Of a DNA stretch of 64,000 nucleotides, positions 39,846 to 47,100 are shown in pieces. The stretch is from an uncultured Elusimicrobia bacterium (lineage in GTDB: Bacteria; Elusimicrobiota; Elusimicrobia; FEN-1173): contig CAYZXT010000006.1 in NCBI GenBank assembly GCA_964482515.1, positions 28,521-92,520 of the forward strand. The letters are read 5' to 3'. A program made the translations under genes and the position numbers. The notes under the pieces are model-generated. The model did not search any database. It was not told the origin of the DNA and was given only the letters and a program-made list of their open reading frames with translations. The first letter of the stretch is position 1. The number at the start of each line of letters is the position of its first letter.

Positions 39846-40250
39846 TCACTCCCAAATGGGCGCGTGCCACAGCGCCTCCATGAGCCAGCGCACCTCGGAA
39901 TCGCACAGCACCATCTCCGAGTAATCCGGCTTTCCCTCATCGTTCATGTAAGAAAGCGCCACGGTGACGTCCCGGTGTTTTTCCGCGTTCTTGTTCTTGG
40001 ACCAATCCGCGGACACGCACAGCAGGCCGTAGGGGACGTCCAAATGGGACCGCCACGCGGCTTCCTGGCAGGGGCCCTGGCAGGTCAGGCCCTTATGACG
40101 GGCCGACTCTTGGCCCTTCCGCGGGGCCTTGCCGGTCATCCCGGCGGCCTCGCAGATGGAAGCCAAAAAACTGTCCAGTTTCTTTTTGCTGATACGGGGA
40201 CCGACTTTCCGCTTTCCTTTGTTCTTTCGGTCTTCGTGTTCCTGTTCCAT
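39846..40250 (-). CDS. hypothetical Cys-rich protein
   Basis: 134-aa ORF directly upstream of the SEC-C gene. No recognisable motif. Confidence 0.4.
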   Translation of the reverse strand: MEQEHEDRKNKGKRKVGPRISKKKLDSFLASICEAAGMTGKAPRKGQESARHKGLTCQGPCQEAAWRSHLDVPYGLLCVSADWSKNKNAEKHRDVTVALSYMNDEGKPDYSEMVLCDSEVRWLMEALWHAPIWE

Positions 40251-40283
40251 GAGAGGAGTCTCCTTTGGAAGTTATACGGAAAT

Positions 40284-40568
40284 CTAATTGCCCTTCAGGT
40301 CGAACCAGGGGACCCGCTGCGCCCCGTGAGGATGGCCGTCCGACGCGAAGACCTGCACGCCCTTGATCTCGTACCAAACCGAATCTTGCGGCGCGCGCTG
40401 CGGATGGTGCTCCGTGGGGAAGAATTTCTTGTCCTGCACGCGGTACCACGGCTGCGCGTCCGGGCCGTCGGGATGGTGGACGGTGGTGAACACCAGCCCT
40501 TCGCGGATCTCGAAGGTCGGAAGTTTCTGGAAGCCCTTGGGATGGAAGACTGTATTGAAGAGTTTCAT
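40284..40568 (-). CDS. hypothetical small protein with repeated HP-x-G ... PW(Y/F) motifs
   Basis: Four imperfect repeats (FHPKGF; HHPDGPDAQPWYRV; EHHPQRAPQDSVWYEIKG; DGHPHGAQRVPWFDLKG). Confidence 0.45.
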   Translation of the reverse strand: MKLFNTVFHPKGFQKLPTFEIREGLVFTTVHHPDGPDAQPWYRVQDKKFFPTEHHPQRAPQDSVWYEIKGVQVFASDGHPHGAQRVPWFDLKGN

Positions 40569-40605
40569 AGAGGGTTCACCCGTATTTTAGCAAATTGGTT
40601 GGCTT

Positions 40606-41505
40606 TTAGTTCCGTCGAGCGTCGGCCTTGGCGGGGACGAGGCTGCGTTCGGCCGAGAGGACCGTGTTCCAGAGCAGCATGGCCACGGTCATCTTCCCCA
40701 CGCCGCCGGGAACGGGCGTGATCAGGCGCGTCACTTCCTTGACCGCGTCGAAATCCACGTCGCCGCAAAGCCCCGTGGCGAGCCGGTTCATCCCGACGTC
40801 CACCACGACCGAGCCCGCCTTCACCATATGGGCCTTGATGAAGCGCGCGGAGCCGATGGCCGCCACCAGGATGTCCGCTTGGCGGCAGATCTGTCCGATG
40901 TCCTTGGTCCGGGAATGGCAGAGGGTCACGGTGGCGTCCGCGGCCAGCAGCATCAGAGCCAGCGGTTTTCCCACCAGCTGGGAGCGCCCGACCACCACGG
41001 CGTGGGTGCCGCTGATCGACACGTTGTTCTGCTCGAGGAGCTCCATGATGCCCCAGGGCGTGCAGGGGAGCGGCAGCTTCGAGGCGAGGACGTCGTTCCA
41101 GCTCTTCAGCTGGGCCCAGCGCCCCTGGTTCGACGGATGCAGACCGTCGGCGTCTTTCGACGGGTCGAGGGCGAGGAGGATTTTTTCCGGGTTTAAATGT
41201 TTCGGCAAGGGGAGCTGCACGATGATGCCGTGGACCTGGGGATCGGCGTTCAGCGCGCGGATTTTTTCCAGCAGGGCCTCCTCGCTGACGCCCGACGGAA
41301 GCGGAACGTGGATGGACTTTATCCCGTTCTGCTCGCAGGTCTTGATCTTTTGTCCCACGTAAACGGCCGAGGCCGGATCGTCGCCAACCAGCACGGTGGC
41401 CAAACCCGGCACGATGCCCTTGGCGGACAGTTCCTGGGCCTTGGCCTTCACCCGCTCAAGGACTTTTCCCGCCGCCATTTTCCCATCCAGCAAACTTGCG
41501 CTCAT
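40606..41505 (-). CDS. folD: bifunctional methylenetetrahydrofolate dehydrogenase/cyclohydrolase
   Basis: Collinear with FolD (ATVLVGDDPASAVYV, GIIVQLPLP, VVVGRSQLVGKPLALML, PVPGGVGKMTVAML). Confidence 0.93.
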   Translation of the reverse strand: MSASLLDGKMAAGKVLERVKAKAQELSAKGIVPGLATVLVGDDPASAVYVGQKIKTCEQNGIKSIHVPLPSGVSEEALLEKIRALNADPQVHGIIVQLPLPKHLNPEKILLALDPSKDADGLHPSNQGRWAQLKSWNDVLASKLPLPCTPWGIMELLEQNNVSISGTHAVVVGRSQLVGKPLALMLLAADATVTLCHSRTKDIGQICRQADILVAAIGSARFIKAHMVKAGSVVVDVGMNRLATGLCGDVDFDAVKEVTRLITPVPGGVGKMTVAMLLWNTVLSAERSLVPAKADARRN

Positions 41506-42095
41506 ACTTGACCTCCATCGATGATCCCGCCGCCGAACACCAGCTGAACCGGTTCGTCCCCATGCACCAAGCCGAACCGGAGGGCCAGGCTCTCTAAATT
41601 CTCCACGTCCTCGCGATTGTATTTCAGCAAAAGATCCAGGGCTCCCTTATCGCCGGAATTCCGGAAACGGCCCCAAAGGCGGATGGCTTCCAACCCGTCC
41701 ACGCCGTCCGTGTCCCGTTGGATGCCCAGCGTCCGCTCCACTTTCTTCAGCCCGCCGTACAGGTTCCGCGCCCAGCAGTCATGCATCAGGTCGCGGTGGA
41801 AAAATTCCTTGGCCAGGTCGGCCCGCAGCTGGGTATGGATGATCGGCAGATCGAAGCGCGCGCCGTTGTAGGTGAACAAAACGTCGATCCCGCTGAGGAA
41901 TTCACGGATCTCCCGCGCGTGCAGCGCCGGATGGGTCCATTGGCGCGTGCCCTGGTCCGGGCGATGGATCCCCACGACGGTGATGTTCTGGGACCAGTCC
42001 GTCTCGATGTCCAGATAGGCCCGGACCTTGTAGCGCTCTTCCGGCGGGAGGAAAGTCTTCCGCTTGGAAAAGCGCCGCGGCCGGCCCCTACTCAT
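41502..42095 (-). CDS. RNase H-like 3'-5' exonuclease domain protein (YprB/PolB-exo-like)
   Basis: Acidic exonuclease motifs (YLDIETD ... FTYNGARFDLP ... YNREDVENLE). Confidence 0.55.
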   Translation of the reverse strand: MSRGRPRRFSKRKTFLPPEERYKVRAYLDIETDWSQNITVVGIHRPDQGTRQWTHPALHAREIREFLSGIDVLFTYNGARFDLPIIHTQLRADLAKEFFHRDLMHDCWARNLYGGLKKVERTLGIQRDTDGVDGLEAIRLWGRFRNSGDKGALDLLLKYNREDVENLESLALRFGLVHGDEPVQLVFGGGIIDGGQV

Positions 42096-42966
42096 TGGGA
42101 CACCAGACGCGCGCCTTCTCCGGGAGCCGCCGGATCTGGATTTTTTTCGTGCCGTTCACGGGAGGGTCCTCGCCGTCCGCCTGGGGCCAAACCGGCGTAT
42201 CGGTTTCCAGTGTCACCTGGTCCGCCTCTACCTTGCTGACTTTTGCGTCAAAAAGCGGCATGCCCATTTTCCCGCGCAACAAGCGGAGGCCCAGCCGCAG
42301 CTTCGACGTGGCCGGGACGAGGTACAACCGGAACGTGTCGTTTTCCGGCGATTGGTCTTTCTCGAAATAGAGCCCGCCGGAAAAATAGGGGCCGCTGCAG
42401 GCCAGCGACATATAATAGTTGCCCGTCAATTCGCCGCCCGGCCAGCGCGCCGTCACATGGATCGGTTGAAAAGACTTCAGGACGCCCCAGGAACCCTCCT
42501 TTTTTTCGAAGGATGAACGCGGCCGGCCGAAACCCGCGTTGTTGATGAAGATATCCGAAGCCGCTCCACCGTCCGCATCCCAGGAAATTTCATAGAGGGA
42601 GAAATCCACCAGCCGGCTCACTTCCGGCGCGTCCGCTTCCCATCGCCGCCAAAAATATTTCGACAGGTTCATCCGCCGCGCCAGGTCGTTGCACGTTCCG
42701 GACGGTATCAGGGCCAGTTCCACGCGGTCCAGGGCCTTTTGTTTCCACACGCGCCGCGCCACTCGGTGGAAGCTCCCGTCCCCGCCCCAAACGACGATGC
42801 GGTCGACGCCTTCCTTCAGAGCCCAATCCACCAGGGTCTCGATGTGCTCCGGATGCTCCTTGGAGACCCAGCCCCAGGGATTATGGCTGGCGTTGCCGTC
42901 GGTGGTGGCCTTCACCCAGCTGTAGGCGGACGACGAAGGATTTAAGATATGGAAAACGCTTTTCAT
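42088..42966 (-). CDS. diacylglycerol-kinase catalytic-domain family lipid kinase (YegS/DgkA-like)
   Basis: IVVWGGDGSFHRVA (GGDG motif) and the downstream NAGFG region. Only the C-terminal about 292 codons of the listed 542-aa ORF are genuine. Confidence 0.68.
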   Translation of the reverse strand: MKSVFHILNPSSSAYSWVKATTDGNASHNPWGWVSKEHPEHIETLVDWALKEGVDRIVVWGGDGSFHRVARRVWKQKALDRVELALIPSGTCNDLARRMNLSKYFWRRWEADAPEVSRLVDFSLYEISWDADGGAASDIFINNAGFGRPRSSFEKKEGSWGVLKSFQPIHVTARWPGGELTGNYYMSLACSGPYFSGGLYFEKDQSPENDTFRLYLVPATSKLRLGLRLLRGKMGMPLFDAKVSKVEADQVTLETDTPVWPQADGEDPPVNGTKKIQIRRLPEKARVWCPNE

Positions 42967-43907
42967 GACAGAGATATCTCCTCGACGCTTTTCAACAGCC
43001 GGTCCAGCGCGATCAGCGTGGGCGCGGGCTTCCGGCTTTTCTTCGCCGCGTCCAGGAACGGCCCGAGGATGACGCCGCGTTCCGTCGCCCGGCCGCGGGC
43101 CAGATCCTGGGCCATGGAATTGCGGTTGGCCGCGGTGGCGCGCAGGACTTCCTCCAAGTGCTTCCGGGCCTCCTTGATCGAAATGGGATGCTTCAGGACC
43201 GCGGAAAGTTGCACGCATTCTCCCAGGGATTGTTCCAGCAACGGAAGCAGGGGGGCCTCCAACAGCCGCCCGTTGGTGACGTCGGCCAGGGCGCCGATGG
43301 GGTTGGCCGTGGCGTTGACGATCAGCTTCAGCCAGCTCACGTGATCGAAATTTTTCTCCACCTTGATTCGGAACCCCGCGGTGGACATGATCTTGGCGAT
43401 CCGGGCGGCCTCGGGGCAATGGGCGTTGAGGATCGTCGTGCCCGCCGCGGCCTGGAACGCGCGCCCCACGTTGACCAGGGTCACCGCCTCGTGGGTGATC
43501 CCGCGCACGATCTGGCGCGGCGGCCATTTCTTCGTCAAAAGTTTTTCGATCCCCCAGCCGTTCTGGAGGGCCACCATCACGGTCTTCGAGCCGGACAGGG
43601 ACGCGACCGCGCGGGCCACGGCCGGGATCGCCGGGGACTTCACCATCAAAAAGATCACGTCCATCTTGGGCCAGCCGCGCGTTTCCGATGAAACCCGGCC
43701 GTCCTGCGCCACCCAATCCAGCACCGACGCCCCGGACACGTGGAAGCCGCGGTCCTGCAGTTCCTTCGCCCGCGCCGGCCGATGGTCCAACACCCAGAGC
43801 TTGCGGAATTTCTGCCCCAACCGCGCGGCGAAATAGGATCCCAGAGCGCCGGGACCCACTATCAGGAAATTTGGTTCGAGGGGAGCTGCGGAGGCCATCA
43901 ACCGCAA
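42963..43907 (-). CDS. panE: 2-dehydropantoate 2-reductase (ketopantoate reductase)
   Basis: N-terminal Rossmann motif FLIVGPGALGSYFAARL and the ApbA/PanE C-terminal region. Confidence 0.78.
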   Translation of the reverse strand: MRLMASAAPLEPNFLIVGPGALGSYFAARLGQKFRKLWVLDHRPARAKELQDRGFHVSGASVLDWVAQDGRVSSETRGWPKMDVIFLMVKSPAIPAVARAVASLSGSKTVMVALQNGWGIEKLLTKKWPPRQIVRGITHEAVTLVNVGRAFQAAAGTTILNAHCPEAARIAKIMSTAGFRIKVEKNFDHVSWLKLIVNATANPIGALADVTNGRLLEAPLLPLLEQSLGECVQLSAVLKHPISIKEARKHLEEVLRATAANRNSMAQDLARGRATERGVILGPFLDAAKKSRKPAPTLIALDRLLKSVEEISLS

Positions 43908-44116
43908 ATTAACATTTTCGACACCTTATCGCTAGGGCTCGACGCCAGTCGTGACCCCGGCATGCAATCTTATCGATGACGAAGCGGATTAATTTACATT
44001 ATTGTTACAATCACTTAACGCCCCGTTAAGACGGTCCCGCTACAATGACGGCTCATCCGCAACCTATATAACCTTCTCAACCATTGCACATCCAACTCAG
44101 CAAGGGGAATGAACCA

Positions 44117-47100
44117 ATGGCATCAAAACCGGTTTTCAACGCACGCAAATCCTGTTTGACCCGCTCGGTCGCCGCCGGGACGGCGCTCCTGTTCCTGGGA
44201 TCGACCGTCCTCTCCCCTTGGGCCGAAGCGAGTTTCTGGCAGGACCGGCGGAAAGCCGTCGAGTCATCGCAGCGTGACCCCGAAGCCGCGCAACAGTTCG
44301 CCCAACTCCCCCGGGCGCTTTCCGATTTGAACGGCGCCCTCCCGCGGGTCGCGAATTCCTTCCCCGACCGCCAAGCCCTCACCGACATTCCCTCCGTCCA
44401 AACGGACGGCATTTCCCGCAAAGACGTAGAACATCTGCCGTCGTGGCTGACCTCCCTTCCCGCGACCTACGGCGACATCCAGAAAATACGCCTGGTTACC
44501 CGGCCGGAAGAACATCCCCTCGTCGTCTTGGTGCAGGACGCCCATGAAATTTATTCCGCCCAGCTCAACATCTCGCACGTTCTGGAACACCTGGATAAAA
44601 ATTCCCAGGGCCAACGGCTGCTGATCGGGCTGGAAGGCGCCGCGGGGCCGCTCGATCTTAAAACTTACCGCCGATCCGCCGACCGCCGCCGCCAGGCCAT
44701 CGTTTCGGACGTCCTGCTCGAGACGAAACTGCTGAGCGGACCGGAACATTTCGGCTTCACGGCGGAGCGCGAACCCCGGATGCTGGGCGTCGAAACGCCT
44801 ACGCTCTACATCGAAAACGTCCAGGCCTATCAGGAATTGCTCCCCAGGAAAGACGCGTTCAAGGAACAGCTCTCCGCCTTCGATTTTTCCCTGAAACCGG
44901 CCAAAGATAAATTCTTCAGCCTCACGCTCTGGGCCCTGGACGAAAACATCGCCTCCTACCACAAAGGGTCCCTCGACCTCCTGCATTACGTGAAGTTTCT
45001 GTCCAAACAGGTCGAGCTCGGAAAGGATTTCCCGGAAACCCGCCAATTGCTGGACGTCCTGGCGCTCGAGGATTCCCTGGATTTCAAGGCCGTGGAAAGC
45101 GAGCGCCTCCAGCTCGTTAAAATACTCTCCCACCGCCTGGACAAGGCGGCGCTCAACGGTTTATTGCAGGCCAGCCTCGCCTACAAAATGGGGCGCATAT
45201 CCTACGGCGCGTACCACGAACACCTCCGCATCCTGACCCGGAACGCCGGCGTCGACCTCTCCCGCTTCCCCGGGTTCAACGTCTACATCCAGTACGTTCT
45301 GCTGTCGGAAAAAATCGACAAGTACACGTTGTTCGACGAAGTCAACGCTCTCAAAGAAACCGTCGTGGACCGTCTGGGGTCCAGCCAGGGCCAAAAAGAA
45401 CTGCTTCGCCTTTCCGAGGACATCCGCCTGCTGGAAAGTTTGTCGGAACAACAGTTCGGCCCCACCGAGTGGGAGCGATACTCGGCGCGGCGCGATGAAA
45501 TCCTGCGCATCCCGCAGCGCATCGCCGCGTTGTCCCATGACGCGCAGCCGTCGCCTTCGGCGGTCGCGTCGTTCCAGGAAACGCTCCCCCTGTTTGAACG
45601 TTTCTACCGCGCGGCCGACGCCCGCAACGGCGCCCTGATCGGGAACCTTCTCGAAGGCATGCAGCCCGCCGCGTCCGGACAAACGGCGGCCGTGATCGTG
45701 GTCGGCGGTTTCCACGCGCCCGCGATCGAAAAACTCCTGGGCGACAAAAACATTTCCGTCGTCACGGTCACGCCCAAGGTCGGCCCCGTCGACAAAGCGT
45801 CCCGCTATCTGGACGTTTTCGCGCTGAAGCACGTCCCGTTGGAGAAAATGTTCCTGGGCGAAAAGCTTTACATGGCGCCCGTGCGATTGACGGGCACGAA
45901 CGAGGCGATGGCGGCGATCCAACCAGCGAGAACAACCGATGATTTGAAGCGGGTCTATCTGACCTACGATTATATTCTCGACCAGCTGGGAGAGACCGGG
46001 AGAAAAATCAAGGCGTTCGGGGATCTCGACAAACACATCGAGTCAACTTTTGATCGCGCCCACGGCGTATGGTTCTTCAAGGTCCTAATGCCGGATGGGA
46101 GCAACCCAATTTATCTTTGCGGAGCGGAAACGGCAGGCGCCCGCGAAAAAGTAATCTCCGCTCTTGGTTATGCCCCAAGCGGTTTGAAATGGAAAATCGA
46201 CAAGCAGGAAGACGATATTGCGCTCGTCATCATTTCCGATCGAGCGGCCGAGAAATACCCCTTCTTACAGGCAAAACCATCCCTGACTTCCTGGGTCAAG
46301 GACGCGGTGGATTTCCTGCGCCAGCCGCCCACGGTCGCCGTGGCGGGTTTTGTCGCCGTCACCGCTTTAGTCGCTCAATACGCCATTGTCATTCTCGGCT
46401 TGGGAGTTCCGGCAGCTTTGATGATGGGAATGGCGTGGGGCGTCATTGTTCCCGTCCTTATCATTCTTATGGGCCAGTTGCCGCGATTCGCGCGAATGCC
46501 GGCTTTCGCTCCGGCAATGATGCGCGCCTCGAACAACTCACAACAACCGGAGGAGGTTTCCCCGAGCGCCCCGCTTTTCATGCAGTCCACCTCCCAGGGC
46601 GGAAAATCGGCAGTTAACGCTAATTCAACGGAAGAAACCCGCGCCATCAAGGCCTGGATCAGGGAGCAATTGGATTTAATGTCGGAGGAATTAGGCAAAA
46701 CCCCGGACACCTATGAGGAGATCCTGCGTCACAGCGACGAGGCTCTGACGGCTATCGCCCAACGGATCATCGACGGTACGTTAAACCGGCATGCAGCCAT
46801 CAACGTGGACCCAGACGCGCCCCCGGTCAAGACGACGGACGAGGAACTGAACATCGGCGTTTACGCGGTGGCCGCAAACCCTCTGCACTGGGGCCATATC
46901 CTGCTCGCTCTCGACGCCGTCGCCTATCACGGCGTGGACCAGGTAGTGTTCATCCCGCAGGGCGAAGACGAACGCAAACCCGACCTCGACAAGCTGAACA
47001 CCGAGCAGCGGCACGAAATCGTTCCGGCCGTCTTGGCCAATTTCGCGCCATTCTTTAAATATTCCCCCCTCGGGCTCGGTAACAAATACGACGGCGAAAC

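Noticed and set aside
42088-43716. 542-aa ORF listed as one gene
   Set aside because: Only the C-terminal about 292 codons (lipid kinase, start 42966) are genuine. The upstream part overlaps panE in another frame.
43908-44116. Defined promoter hexamers upstream of giant gene 2
   Set aside because: Several TACAAT/TTTACA-like hexamers are present but with poor spacing, so no confident -35/-10 pair. Left uncalled.
44264-46036. 289-aa and 291-aa minus-strand ORFs inside giant gene 2
   Set aside because: Shadow frames. The plus frame carries the conserved N-module motifs.
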